Shown: positions 12,774 through 26,011 of the stretch, one piece after another | How the letters are laid out: each line of letters starts with the position of its first letter | How positions within the stretch are numbered: position 1 is the first letter of the stretch | Assembly: GCA_964016885.1 (NCBI GenBank) | Contig: OZ024746.1 | Location: forward strand, 61,752,001 to 61,816,000 | Length of the DNA: 64,000 nucleotides | Reading direction: 5' to 3' | Origin: Eledone cirrhosa | Lineage: Eukaryota | The notes under the pieces: model-generated | The model's database searches: none | Seen by the model: the letters and a program-made list of their open reading frames with translations, nothing else | Told to the model about the DNA's origin: nothing | Program-made: the position numbers and the translations under genes

Positions 12774-15265
12774 TAGCAGCTGAGCCCGGTTGCACCGGGG
12801 GCCACTTTTTATTAAGTTAATAATTTGAAAAATATTATTGAAAGTTTATTATAAAGAAGCAGTATCAGGGAAAAAAATAGAAATATGCACTTGTGACTGG
12901 ACGGCGTACAATGAGAAGTGGAGCGACGTGAAAAGCGTTGAGAGACGTTGAGTGGCGACGGAAGAGGAATGGCGGAAGCTTCAAAGGTGTTGTTGCAGTG
13001 CTTCTTTGTAGACAACGTTCCTGGTATTACCCGGATTACCACAAATGTAGAGAGTGTGTGGACTGCTGACGCGTGAGCACCCGACGTATAGTTGACCTGC
13101 TGTGTCAGATTTAGGCCAACTACTTGCAGCGACTGTCCCTGTGCCTTGTTGATACATACTCATTGTAAAGCAGAGTTTTACGGGAAACTGCCGTCTCGTA
13201 AAATCAAATGGGACGTCAGAGGGATTGTTGATTGTTGAGGAATTCAATCGGATAGTTGACGGCGTCGTCCGCGTTTTTGTTGGTGTCAATTGACTTGAAG
13301 GAGACTTCACCTCCTGGAATCTGATCAAGCAAGTGTTGATTCATTGCGTCAACGGTGGCATTATATAGCTCTCCCTTGCAGCCAGTTGTGATCAAGGAAT
13401 CGTGCTTCGAGGTCTGGGAAAACAGATGACATTAATTCCTCTATGCTTGATATAAAGTTTCCAAACGGCAGACGGATGTGCTGTTCATCGATTCCAGGTG
13501 TAGTTCCATTACCAACTTCCAGTAGCTGTTTTGAGAAATCTGCAGATTCTGCATCGCCATGCACATGCACTCTCATGTTAGTAGTCAGGTTTAGTTTCTG
13601 GACATACTGCCATAGGTAGGAAGACTTGATGCATACGTTAACTTCGTCAGCTCTAGTGCCTCTAGTGATTACAGGAAGAGTCTGCCGAAAATCGCCAGCC
13701 ATCAGTACTGTCGCTCCACCCATTACGTGTGAATTTCGACGCACGTCCTTGAGAGTTCGGTCTAGAGCCCCAAACGCTGCCTTGTGACTCATTGTATCCT
13801 CGTCCCAAATGATTAAACAGCACTCAGAAAGAAGGTATCCTTTAGAGTCTCCACGATTTATTCTGTAGGTAGGATTCTCCTTCTTTGCAAGGTTCATAGG
13901 AAATTGGAATGCGGAGTGTGCCGTACGACCGCCATGTAAGAGTGTCGCCGCAATACCACTTGAGGCGACCGCTAAAGCAATCTGCCCGTCTTTCCGCAGC
14001 TTCGCAAGCAGTAGATTTTTGAGAAAGGTTTTTCCTGTTCCGCCTGGAGCATCCAAGAAGAATAGCCGTCCCTCATTTGAAATGACACAGGCAAGAATTC
14101 TGTCATACGCCCGTCTCTGATCAGGCAAAAGTCTGGGTTCATCTTGAGCAACCTTATCTGTCAATGCCTCGATGTTGTAATTCAACTCAAGCATGAACTC
14201 CACATCTAAAGCACCGTCTTTATGTTTGTGGCAAACCGAATTCTAATACACCGCCAACTCCAACAGATCTTAGACGTTTATCCATGTCAATGAGGGCCTC
14301 ATTGTATACATTGGCGTTGTAATGAAAGTCAGCCGCTGGTGCCCTTGCTCGTACTCTACGCAGGATGTCCTCTGACATGCTGTCCTTATGCGTTTCCCAT
14401 AGCTTAAGTGGCTCACCGACATTGCAGAACAGTAACATATTGCAAAACAAACGACGCATTTCTCGTGGCATTTTACATTCAGCAGCTTCTGTTCAGCAGC
14501 TTCTGTTCAGGTGGTCATCGTCCTCGAGTAGCCCGCGCTTCACGCAAGCCTCCCTGTAAGTGGAACACATGTAGCCGTCTGAAAGTCTGAGGTCTGCAAA
14601 TGACTTAGGTCCTTTGATTCGATGGAGCAGCATTCTAAAAAAAAGCATTCCTGTTGCTTTGGATGGCATTACTTTTGAATACACCTGCCCAATTCTCAAC
14701 TGCTTCCCCCTGTCGCCGCCGATGCCAATTTTTGTTCGACCAAGTGAAATAGGTTGGTACCTCGACGTAAAAGAGGGTAAGTGCAAACTCATCGACAGAG
14801 CAAAACTTAAAAAATGCTGTAAGAGTCGTCTCTGGTGGCTGTTGTGTAGCAAGTGTGGCGTATTCCTCCGTGAAATAAATACGCTGTCCATTCTGTAAGT
14901 GAACATCCAAGTTAACAACTGTAGGAGAGCACTTGTGAATCTCAAGTCCAAAAATACGCCAAGCCGCCATATTGGACGAAATGTACCTTCCCATCACGTA
15001 TTGATTAATTTCGTCTGTCGGTTGCACGAGGCCCACCACCGCCATGTTGCCGCCTTTGTTGATGTATTTGCAAATGTATTTAATGCTTTTGACAGATGTG
15101 CAGCACTCCACGTTGATGAGAGCATTGGAAATTTTAGCAAGCAAAGGGCTGAGTGTTTTGAGCCAAAATAACGTCAAATTTTCAATGCCCTAGGGACCGC
15201 ATTAGGCGATATAGCGATCTTTCTCTATAATTCTTAGTCTTTCTCTTTTTAGATAGATACATAGA
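12773..15265 (-). mobile_element. Helitron, decayed and lacking the N-terminal Rep region
   Basis: Minus-strand 3' end: hairpin CCCGGT-GCA-ACCGGG (12785-12799), then CTAG (12776-12773) followed by T in (TA)n. RepHel fragments lie inside. The 5' TC end at ~15265 (A|TCTATGTATC) is tentative. Confidence 0.85.
12981..15177 (-). pseudogene. Helitron Rep/PIF1-like helicase, frameshifted
   Basis: Rep motif INVECCTSVKSIKYICKYINKG; Walker A GGTGKT; AVASSGIAATLLHGGRTAHS; IIWDE; GDFRQTLPV; C-terminal RRQFPVKLCF and GQLYVGCSRV, NVVYKEAL, spread over several frames. Confidence 0.92.
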
Positions 15266-15382
15266 TATAACGTTGCGCCCTTATAATATCTGTCTGTATG
15301 CCTGACTGTCTGCATTACGTCATTATGACGCGATCTGTGTGTGTGTGTATGTATATATAGTGTGTGTATATATATAGTGTGT

Positions 15383-15493
15383 AACGTTTTTCGAAATATT
15401 TACTTCTGCGTTCACAGATTGATTTTTATATTTTACTTTCAGAAGATCCCGTTAAGGGTGAAAGCAGCGATTCTTTGCTTAAACTTTAATCTG

Positions 15494-15497
<4 letters not shown>
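15383..15497 (+). repeat. ~115-bp dispersed repeat (second copy 17801-17910)
   Basis: aacgtttt..gaaatatttacttctgcgttcacagattga...aaactttaatctgttat present at both sites. Confidence 0.8.
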
Positions 15498-15545
<48 letters not shown>

Positions 15546-15722
15546 GTGTACAGATATTTTTGCATACACAATAACAAAATATAAACAAAAGTATTTATTT
15601 CGCGATAAAGTATTGATTTTCTTCGCACGGAAAAAAACCCAGGTACTGTACGACGAATTTTTTTTAAAAGCACAAAATATAGACACCATCCCGAGGCCGA
15701 GGTATTCCGTACTTTTCTGTAC

Positions 15723-15810
<88 letters not shown>

Positions 15811-16266
15811 ATACTTTGGGAGGGTCATGTTGCCAATAAGAAACACACGCACCAGTTGCTTTCACTTCAATTTATTATATATTTATAAATTTACAAATTT
15901 ATAAATTTATAAATTTCTGGTTGGTTGGTTCCCCAACCAGATAGTTGTTTATATATAGTCATAGTCCTTTCGTCACACACTTTGTGACCTCTTCAGTGAC
16001 TGGGGATTCCTTTCTTTGTCTCCGTGCCTCTCCTTTGTTCTGTCCTACGCCATTTTGTTTCTGTGTGTGTGTTGTGTGCTCAGTTTGCGCATGCGCCATA
16101 TCCGGGTGTCTGTGTGTGTTTATGTTCATTTATCTATTTGTTTATTTATTTATTTATTTACATGTTATTGGTTGGTTGTTTGTTCTATGTGTGTGTGTGT
16201 TTTCATTTTGTCCTTAATTGTAAGTTGTGATGTTGCTGTTCCACTCATATTTTCTATTTAATAATA

Positions 16267-17205
16267 ACCAGTTGGGCACCAGTATCGGTGGAACATCCAC
16301 CTCGGCGTTCTATAGAGGACTAGTGGAGGGGAAGAACGACGACGTTCTCGGAGAGATCCTGGGCGTCGAAGAAGATCAGCTGTTTGCTCTCTTCCGGAGA
16401 ACTTTCAGCCTGGGGCCTATGGATAACTTCCAAAAATCCCTGGCCTGGCAGTGCTACCGGGGAGCGCTGCCGGTTCGAGATAAGCTCTACAGGCACGGAA
16501 GTGCCGTCAGCCGAGCCTGTCCGAGATGCGCGCATAGCAACGAAACCGTTGTGCACGCACTCGTTCAGTGCCCGAGTATTGCTGACTTGTGGAGCTATGA
16601 CGAACAGTTGCTGTCACGTGTGGGACTGATCCGGTTGTCGACTGAGTCCATTGTGCAGATGGTCTCGCCGTCTTCCTTTGAGGAGGAAGGGCAGGCGGTT
16701 TTCATCTGCCTGGTGGCCATGGCGAAAGAGATTGTGTGGTGGACAAGGTTAAAAGGATTAAAGACAAACATTTTCCTCTTCGGCGAATCCCTAATTAACT
16801 TTTTCAAGTTTCACTTGAAGAGGAAAATCAGGGTGGAGAGGCAAGTGCTGCTTTCTAGAAAGTTTGTTGAAAGGTGGGTGAATGTAGCGAGAATGGTCCG
16901 AGTGAACGGGACCACTCTGAATATACGTCTGTAGTTTGAGAGATAGAAAAATTGAGAGAGGGCGCTTGCCCTGGTAGTCAGGGTGGCCGTGGTCTTTTGT
17001 GTGGTTTTCGCCACGAGTAACCCTCGGAGGTTTCCCCCCTATTGGGGAATTTTTCATTGTTTCAATTTTCATTTTATTGTTTATATATATATATGTTTTA
17101 TGTCTTTTTTCTTTTCTTATATAAATAATAAAAATATTTACACGCACAAAACCCACATCGTACCGTCCTGTTCCGTCTGTGATGTTTTTCTTGATGTCAG
17201 CCCTC
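16267..17205 (+). mobile_element. 5'-truncated Tx1-clade LINE, diverged subfamily (ORF2 C-terminus plus 3' UTR)
   Basis: Translates to STSAFYRGLVEGK...CPRCAHSNETVVHALVQC...RVNGTTLNIRL, homologous to the ORF2 end at 37611; followed by (ATT)n. Confidence 0.9.
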
Positions 17206-17235
17206 ATTATTATTATTATTATTGTTGCTATTACT

Positions 17236-17532
17236 CTTTGAGTCTCAGTCATTGATTTTAGTTAACTGGAAAGTTTGTTGAAATGAATATCAAGCCACTA
17301 CCTGCAGCCTCAGATATTCAGGACATATCGGAGGGTTCTTGCTGTTCCCAGCAAGCATGCCTTTTGAAGCATTCCAAAAAGCGTGAAGGGGCCAATTTTC
17401 TTTAACCATCCCTGAAAACTTTTTGAGATACTCCCTAGTGCGCCTATGACAATCGGGATCACTTTGACTTCATGGCAGTTCCAAATCCTTTTTACCTCCC
17501 ACTTTAAGTCCTGGTATCGGTTAATTTTTTCC
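17236..17532 (-). mobile_element. Dong/R4-clade retrotransposon 3' fragment
   Basis: Matches the 3' end of the element at 44432 onward (tctcagtcattgat...gcctcagatattcaggac); tail-to-tail with the Tx1 fragment across (ATT)n. Confidence 0.9.
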
Positions 17533-17632
17533 GTTTATATATATATATATATATATAGAAAATGTATGACTACGACTTCTTTTATACCATAAACGTAGTT
17601 TTGTCTTTGCGTATAATTGTTTTTCAAATAAT

Positions 17633-17695
17633 TGTTTCTACTTTTGGCACAAGGCCAGCAATTATCCCAGTGCATTACTGGTTCTTTATTTTACC
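17633..17695 (-). mobile_element. 5'-truncated SINE with 19-bp TSD
   Basis: Reverse complement of the 3' part of the SINE at 19854; TSD taattgtttttcaaataat at 17614-17632 and 17696-17714. Confidence 0.8.
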
Positions 17696-18005
17696 TAATT
17701 GTTTTTCAAATAATGACGTATTATCTTCGTTTTTTCCCGTTGTTTGCCAGGGAACGTTTCCATGAACCAAAGTATCGTCTTCCTGTCTTCCTCCGGTTGC
17801 AACGTTTTTTGAAATATTTACTTCTGCGTTCACAGATTGACTTTTTTAGTTTCAGAAGATCCCGTTAAGAGTGAAAGCAGCGATTCTTTGCTTAAACTTT
17901 AATCTGTTATTTTAATAAATATTCGCTCTACGGTTCTTATATATTTGATATATATTTATCCTTATAGAGCCCTCTTTGGATTTTAGTCTTCTAATTTATT
18001 ATTAT

Positions 18006-18076
<71 letters not shown>

Positions 18077-18079
<3 letters not shown>

Positions 18080-18610
18080 AACAAAATCCTCCAAACACAC
18101 AATATCATAAAGAGTAAAAGACAACCCAAATCCATAAAAAACATCCTCACACAAGCCAAAATCCAACAAACCCTCACAATGAACCCTACAGTAACAAAAT
18201 GCGGAAGGCCCAACTGTGGCATATGCATAAATCTAATAGAAGGTTCAACATTCAATTTTAAACAAGGACAGCGTTTCACAATTAAACACAACTTTACATG
18301 TGCATCTGAAAACCTTATCTATGTTTTGACCTGCTCGGGTTGTCAAGAGCACTACATAGGACAGACAATAAACAGCCTCCGTCAACGTATGACCGTCCAT
18401 AAATCACAAATTAAAATACAGGAATACAGAAAGATTTCATTTAGTGAACATATCGCCAATTGTGCTCACAACCAACATCCAAACTTTAAAATTTTCCCCA
18501 TTTACAAATTCATAGACAACGCTACTTTCATCCAACGTACCAATAAGGAAACATATTTCATTAATAAATTCCAACCCCTACTTAATGCTCTAAAAATCGG
18601 ACCAATCTAA
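18077..18610 (+). pseudogene. GIY-YIG endonuclease domain of a 5'-truncated Penelope-like element
   Basis: Cx4CxxC linker CGRPNCGIC, NLIYVLTCSGCQEHYIGQT, LRQRMTVH, SEH, KETYFINKFQPLLN. Starts abruptly after (TA)n; no RT present. Confidence 0.85.
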
Positions 18611-19014
18611 AACTGCAACAAACCATCAAACATTTACAAGAGTTACCTCCCTCACACTCTACCTAATCCTTTTTCTTAAATAAATTAAATATCATCCAGC
18701 AAGAATTGCTTCCCCCTGCATATTAACTCTCTAAAAAGGGAAATCATATCAAACCCCAGTCCACCATTTGCCTCCATCACGGAATCATGGAATCAACTAA
18801 GCACTCTTGCTATATTAACACATTTTGATCTGCTAAACTTCAATGACTTTGCTTGTAAATAACATTATTTTTTCTTCCACATTGATTTTTTATGTTCTAC
18901 ATTATGCCCGTTTTTTTTCCTTTTTCTTTTCACTTCATAAACCTTGTTTGTAAATAACATTATTCTTTCTGCACCTTCTGTTTAATATGTGCGACACCAC
19001 ACTAATACATTTCA

Positions 19015-19056
19015 CTATCATTTGATAATGCATAAAAATGCTGAAACCGGTAATAG
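19015..19056 (+). ncRNA. Degenerate minimal type I hammerhead-like motif (U3-A8 core) in the PLE 3' region
   Basis: ctat-cat-TTGATAA-t-GCAT-aaaa-ATGC-t-GAAA-CCGG-TA-atag; helices I and II are imperfect. Confidence 0.45.
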
Positions 19057-19262
19057 ACAATAATTAAATATATAAATAGATAAATAAATGCCATTGTTAA
19101 ATAATAAATAAATCAACTAATACCTTAACACTTCACACAAAGTAAAACATTTCGTTTTAATCATTTTCTAACCCAGAAAAGAGAGAGAGAAACAAAAAAG
19201 GAAAAAAAAATATTTTTCTTCCTCATAATCGTCTCTTTCTCCCTGTTTTCATATATATATAT

Positions 19263-20056
19263 ATACAAACACTTATGTGTTTATCATATATTAATTTATA
19301 TTAACTTGTATTTCACGGCTCAGAAATACTTCTTTCTTTGAGCTAATTAATTGTAAAGGACTGTTTGAGTTTATAACTCTAAATATAATATAATATTACG
19401 GCTCCTTTTGTTGAGCTAATTTTTAATCCCATATAAACGGCTGTTATTTCTAGCGCCGTGGGCATGGGGTAGCTAGAGAGCTGGAAAACCTCGTGCGTTT
19501 GCGCTTGTGCACCAGACCTCCAAAGATATTTCGAGGTGAAACATCCTAATTTTTCTGGATACCTGTTGATGAACACAGAAAATTGGATTCTTTCACTTTT
19601 TTTATACTATCGTTGCGAAACTTATTTGGGTTTTGAAATTCAAATTTATCTGCGGAACAGGTTTGGATTTTGAAATTTAAATTTGTCCAGGTATCACGGT
19701 TATTGCCAATATGGGTTTGTTTTTATTGATTTATTATTTTAAATCGAGACAGGCAAACTATATTTATTTGAATTAGTTTATTTCATTCTAGCTAACTTCG
19801 TCTTTTACAATACAAACACTTATGTGTTTATCATATATTAATTTATATTAACTAGGGCGGTGGATTGGCAGTATCGGTGGAGGGTCGGACGCCATGCTTT
19901 CCAGCATAGTTACGTCCCTTTACGATCTGAGTTCAAATCCCGCCGAGGTTGACTTTGCCTTTCATCCTTACGGGGTCGATAAAATAAAGTACCAGTAATG
20001 CACTGGGTAATTGCTGGCCTTGTGCCTAAAGTAGAAACAATTAATTTATATTAACT

Positions 20057-20061
<5 letters not shown>
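19263..20061. mobile_element. Non-coding element with ~49-bp terminal direct repeats in (TA)n; right repeat interrupted by a SINE
   Basis: atacaaacacttatgtgtttatcatatattaatttatattaacttgtat at 19263-19311, and again at 19810-19853 plus 20040-20061. Confidence 0.55.
19854..20039 (+). mobile_element. tRNA-derived SINE with 17-bp TSD
   Basis: GGCGGTGGATTGGCAG head, B box GAGTTCAAATCC, core gcctttcatccttacggggtcgataaaataaagtaccag; TSD attaatttatattaact at 19837-19853 and 20040-20056. Confidence 0.92.
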
Positions 20062-20112
<51 letters not shown>

Positions 20113-20299
20113 CATTAGATGGTGGTGGTAGTGGTGGAGAGAGACAGAGATATATAGCTGGTGGTGGTGGAGAGAGAGAGAGAGAGACATTAGTGTATGA
20201 TATCGAAGTGTGTTACCTACTTAATCTCTCTAATTATTCTCCTCACGTGTCTAAAATTATTTATGGCCATATTTTTTAGAATGAAGTCACATCTTTTCA

Positions 20300-21225
<926 letters not shown>

Positions 21226-21643
21226 CGTAAACCCCCAGCTCCTACCCACCTATACCCATATGAACACACAGGGGCTCATTTTTAAACATAACATATTCCA
21301 AGCTAAAAATGAAGACGCTTAGCTTTTGTTTCATGTTTTACAAAAAAAAAACGATATATATAAAATACATTGTAATGGTTTCTTTTATATATCACATTTA
21401 CTATAATATGAAACATTGAAACATGTCCAATTAAATATGTCTTTAAATCGTATGAAAAGAACTCAACTCCTCAGTACAGAGCCATTCATGTGAGAAACAT
21501 TACACACATATCACTATCATAGATGTATTATAAGTTCTATTGATTCAACATCACACTTCACTTGTTAAATTATTTAGATAGTACGTAGGGCGTGTATATT
21601 AATGAAGATTATTATTATTATTATTATTATTATTATTGTTATT

Positions 21644-23843
21644 CTTTGAGTCTCAGTCATTGATGTTATTTAACTGGAAAGTTTGTTGAAGTGAATATCA
21701 AGCCGCTACCTACAGCCTCAGATATTCAGGACGTATCGGAGGGTTCTTGCTGTTCCCAGCAAGCATGCCTTTTGAAGTGTTCCAAAAACCGGGCTGGACT
21801 AATCTTCTTTAACCATCTTTGGAAACTCTTTGAGATAGTACCTAGTGCGCCTATGACAATCGGGACGACCTTGACTTCATGGCAGTTCCAAATCCTTTTT
21901 AACTCCCACTTTAAGTCCTGGTATCGGTTAATTTTCTCCCTCTCCTTTTCTTGCACTTTGGTGTCAAATGGGCAGGCTACATCTACAATCAGGCACGATC
22001 TTTTGTCCTTGTCCAAAACCACCAGGTCAGGCCTATTGTGTTCTAATTTCTTGTCCGTCTGTATCCTAAAATCCCATAGCACCTTCACCTGATCGTTTTC
22101 TATCACCGACTCTGGCTTATGCTCATACCACTTCTCAGAATGTGGTAAATTGTTTACTTTGCATAGGTGCCAGTGGATCACCCTGCCTATCACATCATGT
22201 TTCCGGCCTTTATAGTGAGTCTGGGCTAGGTGTTTACACTAGGATACAATGTGAGCCACAGTTTCCTCTCTCTCTCCACAGATCCTACACAGTGTGCTAG
22301 CCTCCTCCTTGTAAATATGGTGTTTCACCCACTTCGTTCTGAGGGCTTGCTCTTGCGCAGCCATTAGCATTCCTTTTGTAGCTTTTTTAAGGTCTCCTCT
22401 TTTTAACCAGTTCCATGTCTGTGGATCTATAAATTAGGTTTTCCTAAAGAAGGTACTATGAAGGGATTTTTCATGAAGGTTGCACTTCTTCCTTGTTATT
22501 TCCTCCTTGGTCATCCCCTGGTCTATTGTCTTCTCCTTCAGTACAATTTTGAGCATTGGCTCCCTACTGTCAGTCACGTATTTGTGCAGGTTGTTTTTCT
22601 CCATCTGAACACAGTCTTCTATGCTGATAAGACCTCTTCCACCTTCAGATCTCTTTAAGTAGAGTCTATCGACATCACTCCTCTTGTGGAACATGTAGAT
22701 AGTCAATAGCTTCCTAGTCTTCCTATCCATTTCTTTTTTGTTCAGCAACATTCCATTTCAGAATTCCCGCACTGTACCTAATAATAGACACAGCTCGGGA
22801 ATTCACTGCACTTATGACATTCCGACTATTTAGATGTGATTTTAATACGCTCCTTACTCTCCTTATATACTCAGATCTTATCAATTCCTTCATTTCTTTT
22901 GTTCTTGATGTCTCCAGAACACCTAAATATTTGTATCCCTCCTCAGTGTCAATTTCCTTTATCATCTCACCTGTTGGTACCTGGATTCCGTTGCTTCTGC
23001 TCAATTTACCCCTCTTCATCACACGGACTCCACACTTACTAATACCAAATTGCATACATATATCATTGCTGAAAATACGGACAGTGTCAACAAGCACATC
23101 CAACTCCTTCTCACTCTTCCCGAAGAGCTTAAGATCGTCCATGAAGAGGAGGTGATTGATGGTAAGCTCTCCCTTTCCCAACCTGTATCCTACTCTCACT
23201 TTTCGCAGTATAATGGTCAGGGGGATCAGGGCAAGGACAAACAACAGAGGGGACAAACTATCTCCCTGGAAGATACCTCTTTTGATCTTCACGCCTCCCA
23301 AGGATTATCCGCACGATGTTAACTCTGTTTTCCAGGACTTCATACTTTTGCTCAACAACTGTCTGATGTTATCTGCCACCCTGAAGATCTCTAGGATTTT
23401 GGTTATGAGGTACCATGTCGAATTCCTTTTTGTAGTCTATCCATCCCATGGCAAGACCAGTGTGTCTCCTCTTGCAATTCCTCATTACCATCTTATCAAT
23501 AAGTAACTGGTCCTTTGTACCACGGGACTTCTTTCGGCATCCTTTCTGTCCGTCCGGTAACAAGTTGTTTGTGTGCAGGTGATGGTAGATTTCCTCAGAC
23601 ACAATGCTTGTCAACAGTTTCCACATTACGGACAGACATGTGATAGGTCTATAGTTGGTAACATCATTACCCTTGGTTCGGTCTTTCATTACCAGAACTG
23701 TGGTACCCTTTGTCAACCACTCTTGTACCTCACCTGACATCAAGCAGTCATTGAACATGGCTGTCAGTTTCGGGTGGAGGGATGTTATATTTTTAATCCA
23801 ATACTCCTGCACACCATCTGGGCCTGGTGATTTCCAGTTGGTT

Positions 23844-23846
<3 letters not shown>
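21644..23846 (-). mobile_element. 5'-truncated, frameshifted Dong/R4-clade element (RT plus RLE)
   Basis: KSPGPDG, YRPITCL, GIFQGDSLSPLLF, LFMDD, NRPD, VDVACP, EKINRYQDL across broken frames; (TAA)n on both sides. Confidence 0.93.
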
Positions 23847-23909
<63 letters not shown>

Positions 23910-23910
<1 letters not shown>

Positions 23911-24034
23911 CTTGAATCTCAGTCATTGATGTTGGTTAACTGGAAAGTCCGTTGGATTGAATATCAAGCCACTACCTGCAGCCTCAGATATTCAGGACGT
24001 ATCGGAGGGTTCTTGCTGTTCCAAGCAAGCATGC

Positions 24035-24035
<1 letters not shown>
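23910..24035 (-). mobile_element. Dong 3' fragment (126 bp)
   Basis: Dong 3' terminus between two (ATT)n tracts. Confidence 0.9.
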
Positions 24036-24131
<96 letters not shown>

Positions 24132-24132
<1 letters not shown>

Positions 24133-24727
24133 CTTGAATCTCAGTCATTGATGTTAGTTAACTGGAAAGTTCGTTGGAATGAATATCAAGCCACTACCTG
24201 CAGCCTCAGATATTCAGGACGTATCGGAGTTCTTGCTGTTCCCAGCAAGCATGCCTTTTGAAGCGTTCCAAAAAGCGTGAAGGGGCCGATTTTCTTTAAC
24301 CATCCCTGGAAACTTTTGGAGATAGTCCCCAGTGCGCCTATGACAATCGGGATCACTTTGACTTCATGGCAGTTCCAAATCCTTTTTACCTCCCACTTTA
24401 AGTCCTGGTATCGGTTAATTTTCTCCCTCTCCTTCTCTTGCACTCTCGTGTCGAATGGGCAGGCCACATCCACAATCAGACACGCTCTTTTTTCTTTGTC
24501 CACAGCCACCAGGTCAGGTCTATTGTGTTCCAGTTTCTTGTCCGTCTGTATCCTAAAATCCCACAGCACCTTCACCTGATCGTTCTCCATCACCGCCTCT
24601 GGCCTATGCTCATACCATTTATCAGAATGTGGTAAATTGTTTACTTTGCACAGCTGCCAGTGGATCACCCTGCCCATCACATCATGTCTCCAGCCCTTAT
24701 AGTGGGTCTGGGCTAGGTGTTTACACT
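24132..24727 (-). mobile_element. Dong 3' fragment (RLE domain)
   Basis: ORF 24186-24680 with NRPD/VDVACP/EKINRYQDL; (ATT)n on both sides. Confidence 0.92.
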
Positions 24728-24743
24728 ATTATTATTATTATTA

Positions 24744-25287
24744 CAGTTGCATTTATCTTGCTTTATATTCATACGAGTTATCACCAAGTCACAACCAGTG
24801 ACCTCAAGAGACAACAAGGTCCGCCATGTTCAAGAAAGAACATACATATTCACACATGCATCTTTAGTGTTTAGACTTGTGATGTACTTATATTGACAGA
24901 ATCTTCCTTAGTATATGGGCAGTTCCCATTAGTACTATCTTTTGTATTTCTCCTATACGCGGGTTTCCTGGGATTTGCGATAAGTAGTCATTAGACCCCT
25001 TAGGTATCATTCCCAGAGCGCCTACAACCACTGGTATTGTTTTAGTTCTCAATTTCCACATTTTTCCAATTTCTATCTCCAGGTCCTTATACTTGCTCAA
25101 TTTTTCAAATGTTTTTATAGATTCATTCTTGTCTATTGGAACAGACATATCAATTAGCAGGCATACCCTCTTTTGAAAGTCCTTCAATATTATATCAGGT
25201 CTATTTGCATCTATTTTTCGGTCTGTTTGGATGCTAAAGTTTCACAAGATTGAGATGTGATCTTTTTCAAGTATGGGAGGTGGTTGA

Positions 25288-25290
<3 letters not shown>
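24744..25290 (-). mobile_element. 3' fragment of a second, distinct Dong/R4-like family
   Basis: IQTDRKIDANRPDII, LLIDMSVP, EKLSKYKDL, IPVVVGALG; different 3' UTR; (ATT)n on both sides. Confidence 0.88.
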
Positions 25291-25333
<43 letters not shown>

Positions 25334-25342
25334 GTTGTTATT

Positions 25343-25776
25343 CCTTGAATCTCAGTCATTGATGTTGGTTAACTGGAAAGTCCGTTGGAATGAATATCAA
25401 GCCACTACCTGCAGCCTCAGATATTCAGGACGTATCGGAGGGTTCTTGCTGTTCCAAGCAAGCATGCCTTTTGAAGCGTTCCAAAAAGCGTGAAGGGGCC
25501 GATTTTCTTTAACCATCCCTGGAAACTTTTGGAGATAGTCCCCAGTACGCCTATGACAATCGGGATCACTTTGACTTCATGGCAGTTCCAAATCCTTTTC
25601 ACCTCCCACTTTAGGTCCTGGTATCGGTTAATTTTCTCCCTCTCCTTCTCTTGCACTCTCGTGTCGAAAGGGCAGGCCACATCCACAATCAGATACGATC
25701 TTTTTTCTTTGTCCACAACCACCAGGTCAGGTCTATTGTGTTCCAGTTTTTTGTCCGTCTGTATCCTAAAATCCCA
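25343..25776 (-). mobile_element. Dong 3' fragment D1
   Basis: ORF 25417-25722, RLE C-terminus; truncated at aaaatccc. Confidence 0.92.
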
Positions 25777-26011
25777 TTATTATTATTATTATTATTGAAT
25801 GCCATGGTTGACGGAGGCTCGGCTCTGTAAGGTATAGTAATTTTTAACCGTTAAAACAATTGTAAATTGTTTAAAACTTGAACCAAATTGTTGATAAAGA
25901 CACGCTCCTCCTCGTGAGAGGGGTCTTTTTGTCCGTTATTTGGCCCTTCGGGGTTAAATAACCAGTTATTGGGGTTTTGTACCCAAAATTTCATTTTAAA
26001 CAAAAAACAAC

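Noticed and set aside
13361-14203. Host PIF1 telomere helicase gene
   Set aside because: Linked to Rep motifs and a Helitron 3' end, intronless and frameshifted.
15806-16260. Solo LTR starting TGTTAT
   Set aside because: No matching CA end, TSD or second copy could be identified.
19855-19945. tRNA gene
   Set aside because: A/B-box head continues into a SINE core and is flanked by TSDs; no cloverleaf.
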